Origin: Caecitellus pseudoparvulus
Taxonomy: Eukaryota; Protista; Bigyra: Bicosoecida
Reading direction: 5' to 3'
Assembly: GCA_965644315.1 (NCBI GenBank)
Contig: CBFFRQ010000057.1
Coordinates: 434,001 to 498,000 of the forward strand
DNA length: 64,000 nt
Of this stretch, positions 38,984-51,698 are shown one piece after another. Position numbers and translations under genes: made by a program. The notes under the pieces are model-generated. The model worked only from the letters and a program-made list of their open reading frames with translations. It ran no database searches and had not been told where the DNA came from. Every line of letters starts with the position of its first letter. Position 1 is the first letter of the stretch.

Positions 38984-41900
38984 ATGCGCACGCCCGAGGG
39001 ATCCCCCAGCGGCTCCCTGCCCGACGTTGGGGAAGCGCGTGCCTGTGCCGCGCAAGACGGCAAATGTGGACCACACAACCCGGCCGAGGAGGGTGCGCAG
39101 CCTGCTAGCGGAAAAGCAAAGGTCCACCCGACACATGAACCACAGACCACGCCTGTCAAGGCCTCCATGCGGTCTTTGGCGAGTGTCCGCAGTCACTTTC
39201 GTGCGGCGAGGGTGGCGGCAGCTCACGCCACCGGCACGGCCCCAGCATCATTCTTGCGTGCCCAGATCGACCCCGTTTTCATGACGTTTACGAACAAGGA
39301 CCTGGAGCACAGATATAGGATACACAAACTCCCCCTCCTTCGCGTGCGAGCCGTAGCGAGCGCGGTTGGCTTTGCCGTCGCGGGGCTGCTTCTGGCGGGC
39401 GTCGAAGCTTCCCAGCTCGCTTCGGCGCACCACCTCGCAGTGGTCTTGCCGCTGCGTGCAGTGGCAATCGCAAGCCTGCCCATTCTTGCGATATTCTCCA
39501 TCCGTTCAACCAGCCCAGCCTTCATCCAAGGCTCACACGCGGCGGCGTTCACTTGGCTGGGTTTGCTGCAGCTTGCCGCCATGCTCGTGTGTTCGGGGTC
39601 GGACGCTGGACCGCTGACACCAGGGGCCACCCTCTACCTCTCCTGGGGCCACCTGCAGCACCTGGCGCTTCTCCTCTCGCCCTGTCTCTTCTGGCAGCAA
39701 CTGTTTGTCTCATCCTGTGCCATCGTGGGCATGCAAGGCATTCCTGTGCTCTTGCAGCCCTGGCCTGAGCGCCTGCATGCGGGCGCCTTCCTTGCGGTCT
39801 GCCTCTTCGCAGGCTTCGTCGCAGCAGTGAAGCGCAGGCTGGAGTGGGCTTCTCGTCGGCGGTTCGTGCACAAGTCCAACGTCAGCGTCGGCTTTGCACG
39901 GGTGGAGGAGCTGCTCCACTCCATGCTGCCCAGCATGTTCAAGCAGGAGCTGCTGGCTCGGCAGTCAGGGGGCAGCAGTTCCCTGCGCCGCATCCTGCAG
40001 CACCGTAGCAGCGAGGGGGACCTCCCCGCAGGCCCACAGCAGCGTCGGCCTCCCTGCTGGAGCTGCTTGTCTGCTCTGCACCAAGCATCCCGCCAACAGA
40101 ACGGGGGGCGCGTGTCCCACATACCCAGCGCTGACTTGGATAGCACAGGGAGCAGCACGGCAGCGGCCCCTCATGCCGCAGGTGTCAACGGAGTGCGCCG
40201 TATACGGTTCGCACGGCACCTCTCTCGTCGCGAGCGGGCGGTCGGCGGCACGCTCGAGGAGCTCCTGGCTGCTCGCAAGGCTGTCTTGCCCACTTCGAGC
40301 TCGAAGCCGGTGGGCTTTCCCAGGAGGTCTCCCTCCCCACGCCGCCGCGCCCACAGTCAGTCAAGAATAAGTTCTCCCAAAGATTCCACGCCCCCTACAC
40401 GAACCCCCCAGAGGTCTCCCCTGCGGCGAGTGGCGAAGCCACCCAGAATGCCAGCGCCGTTGCAGTTGGGCGATGCGCACCCTCTGGCAGGGGGCAGCGG
40501 CTCTAGCTCCCTCTCACAGTCTCCTGGCCTCCCAACACCCATGACTAAGCGCCTTCCGAAGATCACCCGGGCCTTTTCCCGGGTAGTGCTTGGCCTGGAG
40601 GAGGGGTTGGGCGGCACGTCACCTGCTCTGGGAGCCGCTTGCCGTTCCAGGGAGGCAGACAGCGCCGGCTCCGACGATGATTCTGAGCTCGTGCGCGCCC
40701 TTGACTCGGAGGACTCGCTGACATTTCCGGGTTCTATTGAAGGCAGCACGCCTGGTACGCCTGCGCTTGTGACCAGCTCCACCCCGGAACACGACCCTCC
40801 TGGATTGTGTGCGGCCAGCTCCGCTGCCCAGCCCTCGCTGACACATGCACACACTTCCCCTGCGACACCCACTGCCCAGGGGAAGCTGGGACCCCGCCAT
40901 GCATCTGTGCTGGGACAGTTCTTGAGTTCAAGAGCCATAGAGCACCAGCATGGGAGTTCCGTGTCGTCCAGGCACTTCCGAAGTGAGCGCGCACTCGGCT
41001 TCGCAGCCGACGAGGCCACTGTGCTCTTCCTGCTCGTGGACAACTTCCACGTCGTCGCCGCCGAAGTGGACCCTCTCGTCCTAGTTTCTTGCCTCAACGA
41101 CCTGTACATCCGTTTGGACTCCCTGGCAGAGCGGTTCGGGGTATACAAGGTCATGGCGCAGGGAAACATGTACATGTGCGTGTCGGGCGTCCCAGAGCCC
41201 CAGGCTGACCACGTCTTGCGGGCGTGCAGCATGGCAGCTGAAGTGCAGGAAGACCTGGCAGAGAACCCCCTGAGACTAGGGAGCACGCACGTGGTGGCTG
41301 TGAAGGCTGGCATCCACACTGGGCCGGTTGCCGCAGGAGTCATTGGGACGCGCTCCCTGAACTTCCACGTCTTTGGAGACACTGTCAACGTTGCTTCCCG
41401 CATGGCAAGCACAGGACAATGCGGCGCTGTGCACCTGTCTGCAGCTGCTGCAATGGCGTTGGAAGCCCACGGGGACGGCGTGCTGGCCACCGAAACACGG
41501 GGAGTCATCCATGTCAAGGGAAAAGGGGGCATGCGCACCCGGTGGCTGCAGTGGAGCGCCGCCCCAAGCTGCTCTCGGCAAAGCCTAAACAGCGCACACA
41601 TGGATGATGGCAACAAGGCTGTGCCAAGTCTCGGCAGCCAGGGACAGCTGCATCTTGCTTCGTTGCACTTGGAAGATGTGCTCAACGATGTGACCTTGGA
41701 GTTCAAGTCGAAGGTCTTGGAGGGCCTCTTCCTGGAAGAAACCAAGAGGAAGCTGCGCCGAAGCTCCATGCTGTGCTCGCCAGCCACTGCAGGGGTTCTG
41801 GCGGCACTGTCTGTGCTTGCAGGGTTGTCCATGAGGGCAGGAGCGCCGCTGGCGGAAACAGTGTCACTTGCAGCTGCTGCAGTGCTTTGCCTGGTCGCGG

Positions 41901-43432
41901 GCGGACTTGCAGCGGCCTTCAAGAAAGGCTCCTTGCACCTGTTTGCGTTGGGGTGCGCCGCTCTGCTCGTTGGGGCCTTTATTGCCGTGCACGCCAGCTT
42001 ACTGTGGCCGAGCGGCACTGCCCACCCGGGTCCCCCAGCAGGCTACGCTGAGCTGCTCCTGCTCGGCGCCCTGTACTGCACGCCACCGTTTCGATTTACT
42101 GCCCCCGTCGCACTTGCTGTCACGGGGGCCATCATTGGCCTTGCTGCTATCAAACTGAGCTCCAGCGAAATCTGGTCGAGGGTGGTGCTGGCTGCGACCA
42201 CGCTTGGGGTGGTGTGGGTCGAGAGCTATGCCGCAGAACTGACATGGCGACAGAAGTTTCACTTCCGAACCCGGGCAAGAACTGAGCAGACGCACTGTGA
42301 GCGCATCCTGGAGAACATGCTGCCCTCCCCGTCCCACGCGCGCACTCTCATGCGTGGGGGCGTCATCGTGGAAGCCCTGCCAGAGGTCACGGTGCTCTGC
42401 GCCGATGTGTGCGACTTCACACCTCTGTGCAGCCGCCTGACGCCTGAGCAACTCATTCGCCTTCTGGACGCCATTTACTCTGCCTTTGACGACCGCATTG
42501 ACCAGTACGGGGTGTACAAGGTCGACACCATCGGCGACGCGGTGGTCGTCGTGTCAGGCATGAAGGGTCACGCATCATTCGGCAACCACCAACTTGCCAT
42601 GGCACTGTATGCCATGGACATGGTGCGTGAGCTGGAGCGCATTCGCAAGGACCTGGGCATCGACGTGGAGATGCGCATTGGCATGCACTCGGGACACAAC
42701 GTGGTGGGGGCGGTGCTGGGCGCTCACCGGCCGCGGTACTTGATTTGGGGCAGGGTGGCAGAGGTGGCCAACTTGGTTGAAAGCTCGGGTGTGCCTTCTC
42801 AGATTCACGTCTCCGAGTCCACGTACACTGCCCTGCAGCAGCACGGCTTCGACCTGGAGCGCCGAGGCTTCGTCAACGCCATGAACAGACCCCTGGCCAC
42901 TGCGCTGTTGCGCGGGATCGGAGGGTACAGAGTCCCTCAGTCCCCCTTCCTGAACCGCTCACCACCGAAAGGCGCCGGCGCCTCGCCCGCCACCAGGCGC
43001 CGCGCCCAAAGCTCCGCTCTGGGTGAACCAGGCGACGCCGCCATGCCAGTCTCGCGGTCCACACGGTCCAACTCGCATGCAGTCGTGGATTCGCCGGGCG
43101 GCGCGTCACCTGGCCCCTTCACAGCACTGCCAGCCTTGGGCGCGGCACAGTTTCACCTTGCAGCCACAGCGCCTGACTCGGTAGCAGTTGGCGGCGGCGT
43201 GCAGGCCGCGCTGCACGCCGCTTCGGCATTGAACGCCTCCGACTCCCAACTTGCTTCGAAGCCCACCTTCAAGCAAGAAGCGCAGGCGCGGCAAAGCATG
43301 CTGGCTGGCGCCACCCTCTCGCCTTCGCAGCTGTTGCATGAGGGGGATCAGCGCCCTGTCCTGCTGGCGGCGGCATCCGCAGCCTCCCTCGAGAGCTTCC
43401 CCCCTTCACACATGCACAGTGACGGAGTGTAG
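38984..43432 (+). CDS. Membrane class III nucleotide cyclase (TM block-cyclase-TM block-cyclase), probably guanylyl-type
   Basis: Two hydrophobic TM blocks; LLHSMLP / ILENMLP linkers; GIHTGPVAAGVIG, FGDTVNVASRM; VTVLCADVCDFT, YKVDTIGDA, RIGMHSG. Start placed at the first ATG in the frame. Confidence 0.9.
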   Translation: MRTPEGSPSGSLPDVGEARACAAQDGKCGPHNPAEEGAQPASGKAKVHPTHEPQTTPVKASMRSLASVRSHFRAARVAAAHATGTAPASFLRAQIDPVFMTFTNKDLEHRYRIHKLPLLRVRAVASAVGFAVAGLLLAGVEASQLASAHHLAVVLPLRAVAIASLPILAIFSIRSTSPAFIQGSHAAAFTWLGLLQLAAMLVCSGSDAGPLTPGATLYLSWGHLQHLALLLSPCLFWQQLFVSSCAIVGMQGIPVLLQPWPERLHAGAFLAVCLFAGFVAAVKRRLEWASRRRFVHKSNVSVGFARVEELLHSMLPSMFKQELLARQSGGSSSLRRILQHRSSEGDLPAGPQQRRPPCWSCLSALHQASRQQNGGRVSHIPSADLDSTGSSTAAAPHAAGVNGVRRIRFARHLSRRERAVGGTLEELLAARKAVLPTSSSKPVGFPRRSPSPRRRAHSQSRISSPKDSTPPTRTPQRSPLRRVAKPPRMPAPLQLGDAHPLAGGSGSSSLSQSPGLPTPMTKRLPKITRAFSRVVLGLEEGLGGTSPALGAACRSREADSAGSDDDSELVRALDSEDSLTFPGSIEGSTPGTPALVTSSTPEHDPPGLCAASSAAQPSLTHAHTSPATPTAQGKLGPRHASVLGQFLSSRAIEHQHGSSVSSRHFRSERALGFAADEATVLFLLVDNFHVVAAEVDPLVLVSCLNDLYIRLDSLAERFGVYKVMAQGNMYMCVSGVPEPQADHVLRACSMAAEVQEDLAENPLRLGSTHVVAVKAGIHTGPVAAGVIGTRSLNFHVFGDTVNVASRMASTGQCGAVHLSAAAAMALEAHGDGVLATETRGVIHVKGKGGMRTRWLQWSAAPSCSRQSLNSAHMDDGNKAVPSLGSQGQLHLASLHLEDVLNDVTLEFKSKVLEGLFLEETKRKLRRSSMLCSPATAGVLAALSVLAGLSMRAGAPLAETVSLAAAAVLCLVAGGLAAAFKKGSLHLFALGCAALLVGAFIAVHASLLWPSGTAHPGPPAGYAELLLLGALYCTPPFRFTAPVALAVTGAIIGLAAIKLSSSEIWSRVVLAATTLGVVWVESYAAELTWRQKFHFRTRARTEQTHCERILENMLPSPSHARTLMRGGVIVEALPEVTVLCADVCDFTPLCSRLTPEQLIRLLDAIYSAFDDRIDQYGVYKVDTIGDAVVVVSGMKGHASFGNHQLAMALYAMDMVRELERIRKDLGIDVEMRIGMHSGHNVVGAVLGAHRPRYLIWGRVAEVANLVESSGVPSQIHVSESTYTALQQHGFDLERRGFVNAMNRPLATALLRGIGGYRVPQSPFLNRSPPKGAGASPATRRRAQSSALGEPGDAAMPVSRSTRSNSHAVVDSPGGASPGPFTALPALGAAQFHLAATAPDSVAVGGGVQAALHAASALNASDSQLASKPTFKQEAQARQSMLAGATLSPSQLLHEGDQRPVLLAAASAASLESFPPSHMHSDGV

Positions 43433-43676
43433 ACTGCGTCATGGCTGGCAGGAAGGCCTGCCCTTTTCGCCGCTGCCCTCGCTCTGTGAGAGCAATGCAC
43501 TGGGCGTGTGAGGCAGCCTCGCACTGCACGGCGCAACGCCACTTGGCCATGCTCCACCGGCACCCAAAACAGTCCGCCCTCTGTAGATGCTTGGTTGGCC
43601 ACCCTCCTCTTGGTGCAGTGCCACCGCCACCCGCTCCTCAGCATCCGAGCGTGCGCCGCCTGGCATCCCAAGCACC

Positions 43677-46600
43677 ATGGCTGCATCAGCACCCGCTCCC
43701 CCCACCGGCGCTGCCGAGATGGAGGCAGCCATGCTGCAGCTGCTGGTGTCACACACCCAGACCTCCATGGCAGCTCGTGTGCAGCTGAAGGAGGCCCTTC
43801 GCCAGCCGTACTGTGCTGCAGCGTTGCTGTTCCTCGTGCAGCACAGCCAGCGGGTGGAGGTGCGTCGGCGTGCTGGAGGCTGCATTCTGCGTTCTGTTCG
43901 ATTTCCGCAGGCAGCACATGGCAGCCCCCACCCACCCTTCCGCAGGCCCGGCAAATGTCTGCGCTGTTTTTGAGGAAGAAAATCAACTCGTACTGGAAGT
44001 CTCTCGCGCCTGCCGAACGCGCAGCCATCAAGGCAGTGCGTACCCAGCCCGGCACCTGCAAGCTGGCTCCTTCCTATGGCGCTGCCCCGCACATGCGCCC
44101 ACCCTGCCTGCCTGCGCCTTGCCCTTGCTCAGATGCTCTTGCAGCGACTGGAAAGCGACCCCCACCGTGCGGTGCGCCGGGCCATTGCGGCAGTTGTGTG
44201 CAGCGTTGCCTCGCACCAGCTGCAGGACGCCGAGTGGCCCGAGCTGCTGCAGTTCGTGGAGTTGGCTGCCAAGCACGCCAGCGCCGATTACCGAGAGCTG
44301 GGCTTCATGGTGCTGTGCGGCATTCTGGAAGCCGTCGGCATCGGCTGGCGCGACCGCCTGCCCTCCCTCAAGCCACTGCTGGAAGGCGGCCTGCGTGACT
44401 CGCACGAGGACGTGCGCATTGAGACGCTCAAGAGCGTGAACCAGGTCATTCTGCTGCTGGAGAACCGGGACCACTTGCTGGCGTACAAGGATCTAGTGGG
44501 GGACATCCTGACAGTGGTGGCGCAGTGCGCGGAGAACATGAACAACGGCATGCTGTGCGACGCCTTCGAGGCGCTGACGGAGATGGCAGAGTCGGAGCTG
44601 CCCCTGCTGAAGGACCACCTGGTGCCCACGGTGCGCCTGGTGCACTCGGTGCTCATGAACGAGAGCCTGGGCGTGGGCGCGCGCCGGGCAGCCAGCGTCA
44701 CGCTGCAGACCCTCATCAGCACGCGCCCCCGCGCCCTGGCCAACCGCGGCCTCATCCCAGACATGGTCAAGGCCCTCTGCGACCTGGCCACGGAGCACTT
44801 CACAGACCCCAACTTGACCTCTGGCCGCTCAGGGGGCGTCTCTGGCATGCGTGGGCAGGACGAGGAGACGGCGGCAGCTGCCCGCAGCGGCGGCTCCGCT
44901 GACGACGACGACGACGCCCAGATCGTGCGCCTGGCGGCCTTCACCCTGGACACCATGTTCCTGAACATGCCCGTGAAGAAGACGTGGAAGGCCCTCGTGC
45001 CAGAGGCCATGGCCCGCATCTCCTCGACGGAGTGGGCCCAGCGCAGGGCTGGGCTCATGGCCCTGGCAGTGTCCACGGAGGGCTGCCGCTCTGAGGTGGC
45101 CAGCAGCCTGACTGACCTCCTGCTCCTCTTCATCCGCAGCGCACAGGACTCCGTGCCAGCGGTGCGGGAGACGGCCTTCTGGGCCATTTCTCAGACTGCC
45201 GAGTACATCCCCCACTCCGTGGGCAAGTACCACAAGGACCTCTTCCCCATCATCGTGCAGGGCATGACAGACGCCAGCTCGGCAGTGGCCACCAAGGCCA
45301 CCTTCGTCCTGGAGATGTACGCGGAAGCCATGGACGAGGCAGAGCTGCGCCCGTACGTGACCTCGTCCATCGATGCCATCGGGGTGGCCCTGCGCTCGGG
45401 ACACGCCCTCATCACTGAGTACGCTCTGGGCGCGCTCGCGTCCATCTGCATCAACGCGGGGGAGTCCATCCTACCCCGCCTGGCGGAAATCACGGGCACC
45501 CTCCTGCCGTACATGGAGGCGACAGACAAGACCCTGCTGGGGCCCAAGGCCCGCGCCATCGACTGCATGGGGTACGTCCTGGCGGCGGCGGGGAAGGCCA
45601 GCGTCGTGGCGCTGCTGGCCACCAACAACTTCGTCCCCACCGTGTATGCGGCGCTGCAGTTCGATGACCCCAACGTGACAGAGGCCGTTCTGGCCTTCTT
45701 TGGGCAGCTGGCGTCCGTCATGAAGGAGGACTTCGCCGACAGCGTGCACCAGCTGGCGGCGTACTGCATGGACATCATCCGGTCCAAGACCACCGCCCGC
45801 GTCACGTCGCGCCTGCAGCATACAGGCCTCGTTTCAGCGGAGGAGGATGCACACCTCAGCAGCCTCATGGGGGAGGAGGGCGCCGCAGGGGGCTCCAGCA
45901 ACGGCAAGTTCTCCTTGCACGTGCACCACGCGTACGTGGAGGCGAGCGAACAAGCCCTGGTGACACTGGGGCAGCTGGCGCACAACGCACCCATAGCCTT
46001 CAGCCGGGAGGTGTCTCACGCCCTGCCCATCGTGCACAACGCGGCCAGCCACTACCACGACGGCCTGCGTGTGCACTCTGTGCCGACGTGGCAGTACCTG
46101 TTGGAGTCAGCTGTGTTGGCGGAGGTGGCGACTACTGGCACCGTGTCGGCCGGGGTGCTGGAGGCGGTAGGCACCTTCCTGTACGTGCTCATGGCCTTGC
46201 TCGAGGAAGACGACTGCAAAGAGGTCGTTGCGCGGGCTCTTGGGGCGGCGCGCTTCATGATGGAGCTGGAGCCCATCTCCAAGGCAGACATCCTCGCAAA
46301 GCACGCCGACACGCTGACACAGCGCCTGCTGCTGCTGCTGCAGGGCAAGGCTGAGTGCCAGCATCCCGACGACAGCGACGAGGAGGAGGACGAGGGCCCC
46401 GAACACGACCACATCCTCATGGATGCGCTCATGGACTGCATTGCCGGCATGGCCAAGTGGCTGCAGGGCGACTTCGCGCCCCTCTTCGTGGACATCCACA
46501 AGGAGCTCATCGGCCTCTGCTCCACGGCGCGCCCGTCGGCTGACCGACGGGTAGCCCTCGGCTGCCTCGCAGAGGTACTGGACTTCATGGGGCCCACCCA

Positions 46601-47312
46601 CGCGGCCCAATTCGTGCCCAGCACCCTCCCAGTGGCTGCCACTGCGACGTCGGCCGATTCCTATGATGTGCGTCAGAACGCTGTCTTCTGTGTCGGCACC
46701 GCCATGGCAGCCCTGCCCTCTGCCTCGGCAGACGACGTGGCTCAGGTGTTGGCTGTGCTGCTGCCGCACCTCACCCTCAGGCCACAGGAGGAGGCTGGCG
46801 TCGTGGACAACACCGTCGGCGCACTCGCCCGCATCCACACCAAGCACTCCCACGCCCTCAGCGCGGGGGCACTGCTGAAGCACGTGTACCCCGCCCTGCC
46901 CCTGCAGCACGATCGCGCTGAGAACACGCCCCTGTACGCCGCACTGCTGGCAGGGCTGGACCGCAGGGACCCGGACGTCGTCTCAGCACTGCCCCAGCTC
47001 CTGCCCGTCTTTGCACACGACCTGGCCGAGGACCGCTTCAACGAAGACGAGACTCCTGCCACATTGGCAGCACTCCTGCGGGCGCTCGTTGGTGCCGACG
47101 AAGCCAGCATGACCAGCATGTTATCAGCGCTGCCCGGTGAGCAGCAGGCAGTGCTCATGGCTGCCATTCGGGGGCAGCCCGTGTCTCCCTCTCGGTCCAC
47201 GGGCGCGCCTGGCACCCCTGGCGCTGCCACAGCCTCCCCTGCATCCCATGCAGGTGCCGCGGGCGCGGGGTCCCCGCTGGGAGTGGTGAGTCCACCAACC
47301 CTGCCGCACTAG
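43677..47312 (+). CDS. IPO4: Importin-4 / Kap123-like karyopherin beta
   Basis: IBN-N ARQMSALFLRKKI, EWPELL, WAQRRAGLMALAVSTEGC, acidic loop DDSDEEEDEGPEHDHILMD, VRQNAVFCVG, VVDNTVGALAR. Introns 43860-43945 and 44036-44132. Confidence 0.85.
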
Positions 47313-47363
47313 AGCCCCCCCCCGTGTGCCACAAAGGTGTGTGCATTGAATGCAGCTGTCCCG

Positions 47364-49997
47364 TCAAGCCAGCACGGCGCGTGTCTCAGCTGCCACTGTG
47401 GCCAAGCTCCCAGTGCTGTCTTCCGCAGACAGCGGCGCAGCCACGCTCTCCACAAGGGCGCTGAGGTCCAGGGATTGAGCTGAAGCCTTCCCTTCGGGGC
47501 AAGCGAGCACAGCGGTGCCCACAGCAACGATGGCGTTCTTGGCCGTCTGCAGGTTCCCGGCCAAGTCAGGCTGCGACAGGGCGACGAGAGCCACCCCCAG
47601 CAGGGCTTCACACGTGTCCAGGCTAGTGCTCCCCGTCTGCTGGGCCATGAGCGTGGCGCAATTCAGCAGCACGTGTGTGGCAGCGGCATGCGCCTTGGCG
47701 AGGACACCCGAGGAGGAGGCGTCCAAGTTCATGACAGTGGACACGGCATCCAGGATGCTGGGCAGGTTGGAGGCCAGGTGGCTGTGCATGCTGGACTTGG
47801 AGAAGGCGTTCACCAGGGCCCGCGTTGCCAGCACGCGCAAGCCTGCAGATGAGGCCTCTGCCGTCATGTGCTGCAGCAGCACTTGCACGACGTCCACGCC
47901 GAAGGTGGCTGGGGAGGACATGGCCGCCGCGGCGTTCGTGTGCATGAACAAGAGCCGGGTGACGTCCAGCACCGGCCCGATGCTGGCTGCAGGCCACTGC
48001 AGCAGCTTCCGGGACAGCACGGCACTGGCAGAGGGCGGGAAGGGAGACGAGTGGTAGAAGGCGCGCTTCTCAGCGACCTCCTGCAGGGCTTGTAGACCTG
48101 CTTCGTCGGCGGCACCAGCCAGCGCCACGCCGCTGCCCTCCGCTGCGAGGGCCTCGTTGTTGCTCTTGAGTTTGCGAAAGGCACCCCCGAAGTTGATGGT
48201 GTCCATGAACGTGTGCTGGGCGTTGGGCAAGGTGGAGTACTGGGGGGCGGCTGGTGCGGGGGCTGCCGCACTGCCTGGGCCCATCTGCTGCAGCACAAAG
48301 TCCCGCACTTGGTCGTAGTTCTCCATGCCCAGGCCGTTCTGCAGCAAGAAGCGCTTGGTGACATCCACGGCCGTCTCGCCGTCGTTCCAAGCCAACGTCA
48401 TGGACTGCATGCGGCCGCTGCCGGCATCCACGTCCACAGTGCGGGAGTGCTGGTACGTCTTGCCATCTGGGGCTGTGTATGTGGGGCTTGCCTCCATGCC
48501 GCCTCCTGCATCACCTGGCCCGTCCGTCACCTGCCCGATGTCGACCCACGCGCCCTGCTTGGCATCCCACGCACATGCCCAGATGCCACCATCGTCCTTG
48601 TGGAAAAAGCCATACTGCCCATCGGCACTGCCAGGGATGCTGGCTCGAGTGTCATAGTGGCCCTGGGACTTGATGGCAGAGGCGCCACCCCCTCCTGAAC
48701 CGCCGCCACCCCCTGCAGTGCCTTTGGGGGGCGGGGCCAGGTCCTTCTCGAACTTTGCGAGGGCCACGTCGTCCGCTCGGTTGGCAGCAGAGCTGGAGAA
48801 CAAGTACACGTGCCCACGACGTGAGGTGCCCGCTTGATTGCAGGCAATGGCCAGGCGCCCCGCTCCGACGGGTACCACCGCCCATGGCACACCCGCCACT
48901 GGGATGGTGGCCACGAGGCCCTTCCCCACCACCTCGCTGGAGCCAGCGCCACCCGACCATGCCAGCTCATACAACCGCACACACCCGTCCTCACAGCATG
49001 CAGCCACGTACCCTGGGTGGTCGCCAGCAGCCGCGCCCTCCACACTGGGGTCAGCCACAGAGGCTGGCAGATGTGTTACGCCAAACACGAAGGCCGGCAC
49101 GCCGCTAGCGTAGTCGGGCGCAGGCATTTCCCACGTTGTGATGGTAGTGCCGCTGCTGCCTCGCAGCTTGACAGTGCCGTCGTTGCTGCCCGTGGCACAG
49201 CCGCCTCCCGGCACTGCCGTCACGCTGCGAACTGCTTGGTTGTGGTCCTGCAGCGTCAGGGTGCAGGTGTACGCTGACGTGCCAGTGGGGGCCCAAATGC
49301 GCACTTTGTAGTCCACATGCTGGTTCGAGGCGTTCTTGCGGCCGGTGGAGCCGGTGACGATGTTGCCAGACGGCAAGCAGGCCACGCACACTGCGTTTTC
49401 GTGGTCACCCAGGGTGGCCACCGCAGACTTGGTTGCTAAGTCCCACACGACTGCGGTGCCATCCCAGGAGCCTGAGACGAGGCGTGAGCCATCGTGAGAG
49501 ATGGCGAGGTCCACCACGCCCCCCGTGTGGCCCGCCAGGAGTCCTTGGCTGGCGCCAGTCATGTCGTACAGGCGCACCTTGCCATCCAGCGACGCGACGG
49601 CAGCGCCACCCTCTGCGAACCCTGGCGACCCCGCTGGAATGAAGAGAGCTGCCCTCAGCGCCTTTTGGGCGTCGGGTGTGACGTGGTACGATGCCAGCAT
49701 CTGCGGGGGGTGGGGGGCTATGTTTGGCGTTTCGCCTTTGGCGTGTCAGCAACGGCGAAACGCACGTTGGAGTCGGGCACCACACTCCAGAAACTCGTCA
49801 TGCCGTCGTCTGCACCAGAGATCAGCCGGCTTTCACCATCACTGGCCAGGGCGTGGACCTGCTCCGCGAGCACAGGCAGGGGGTGCGGGGAGGGCGTGAG
49901 GGCGCAAGCGTGAGGCATGAAGGCTCACCCCGCCTTCCGGCTCCGGTGTCGCTTCCCCAGCGAAGAAAAAAGGAATGCTGGAATCTGCCGCTGCCAT
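47364..49997 (-). CDS. PLAA: Phospholipase A2-activating protein / Doa1-Ufd3 (WD40-PFU-PUL)
   Basis: WD40s (LVSGSWDGTAVVW, HENAVCVA, ATGSNDGTVKL); PFU (WVDIGQV, DGKTYQH..VDV, FLLQNGLGMENYDQVRDFV); PUL (QWPAASIGPVLDVTRL). Two short 5' introns inferred. Confidence 0.9.
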
Positions 49998-50250
49998 CCT
50001 GGTAACAATCGGCAGTGGAAGACGCTGGACGAGCTGTGCTGGGCGACAAAGCCGTCAGTGCTGAGCGCTCACCTGCACTGGTGTTGCAGCCGGTGCACAC
50101 CGACGAGCAGTTGCGGTACCAGGCACTGTGCGGCTCTCCAAACGAAGCAAGCAGAGCGTGCAGCAAGTGAAGAAACAGTTGGGGTAGGAATTTTTGTGGA
50201 GGCTGTTTGAGTGTGCGTGCCCCTGGACGCCCGCCAAGGTGCCTCGGCAC

Positions 50251-51462
50251 CTACTCCAAGCGCGCACGCTTGGAGGGCGTGCCACCCACGGCAGCCTCTG
50301 TCGTGGCGGCTGCAGCTCCCGACCCGCTAGCGGCCGTGGAGCCACCGCTGGCGTCTGCAGCACTTGGTGCCGTCGTCGCTGGGCTGGGGCCCGTGCTGCC
50401 GGCATGCGGCGCTGCATGTGGAGCCTGCCCACCAGCCTGCGCTGACTCCCCCTCCTCAGACACCTTGAGGAAGCGCATCATGAGGCCATACTCCTCTTCG
50501 GTCAGGTCCAGCTTGGCCCGCCAGGCATCACCTTCGGGTGTGCCCTTGGCAGGCCACCCCGCCCGCTGCGCAGCGAAACGCACACAGCCCTGCGCCACCT
50601 TCCAACTGTTCAGGAGGAGGCACAAGGGAGTTCTGATGGCGGTGTTTGCGCACCTGGTGGCCATTCGAAAGATTTTCTTGTCGCCGTCCACACGGGCCAG
50701 GGCCATGCGCAGGAACTGCCACGGATTGGAGATGTTGAAGTCGAATTCACACACTCGGAGCACCTCGAACTCCGCCCTCTCGATGGACAGCTGCGCCTTC
50801 TTGAACGCCTGTGTGGTGGGAGGGCGCGCCGTTGCCGAGGCAAGGACTTGCGCTTGGCAAGACCGTCAGTGCACGCACCTCGGACTCTCGGGAGCCAGCG
50901 TGCTGCAGTCCGCGCAGGGCCATGAACACGCCAACGACGTCACGCAGCTTGATGCTCTTCACATCCTCTGCCTTGAATGCGACCAGCAGGCTGCCAGCAG
51001 TGATGAACTGCGACAGGCGGGGGGGCGGTGTCGTCCCGGACGGCTGGCGTTTCGTTGCGTTTCTCTGCGCACCCTTCGGTCAAACTGCAGGAACGACCGC
51101 CGGATGAAGAAGCGGTGCACCAGTGCACAGGCAGTCCCGACGACCTTCCTGTGCTGCGCCAGGGGGAGCTTCGCCGGGTCGAACGGCTTTTCCTTCTGGC
51201 TGGACTGCCCCTTCCGTCTCCGCTGCTCCCTCTCTTCTTTGCGCCTGTCGTCTTCCCTCCCCCACTTGTCCTGCAGCTTGTGCGTCATGTCGCTGACAAG
51301 CTGGCAGCAGTCACTGCGCCAAAGCAGCTCATCCTCCATGCTCACGCCCTCCTTCCGGCTGGGGGAGTGCTCCAGCTCTTGCATGGAGAACTGCCACTCC
51401 TCTGGCAGCGCCACCTGTTCCTTGGGTGGGCCGGGCAGCACCTGTGCCGCAGCCTGAGCCAT
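50251..51462 (-). CDS. Transcriptional cyclin (cyclin T/K/L family)
   Basis: WQFSMQELEHSPSRKEGVSMEDE, VGTACALVHRFF, AFKAED..KLRDVV, EVLRVCEFDFNISNPW; at least two introns. Confidence 0.85.
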
Positions 51463-51698
51463 GACACCCACCGCCGAGGCAGGCGCCCCCCCACGTCAAA
51501 ACCAAGCACGCAGCAGAGCACCGCTCGAACCCCAGCCTTCTCTTGTGTACCCACCTCACATACCGGGTGATTCACTCGGCGGGGTTGATTTTGGGCGGCA
51601 CACAGCTCTGCTTTCCCTTCCGCGCGGCGGCGGTGACACCCGCTGCGCTGCAGGCACCCCACACGCAGTGTCTGCGGCATACCAACATCAAGTGCAGC

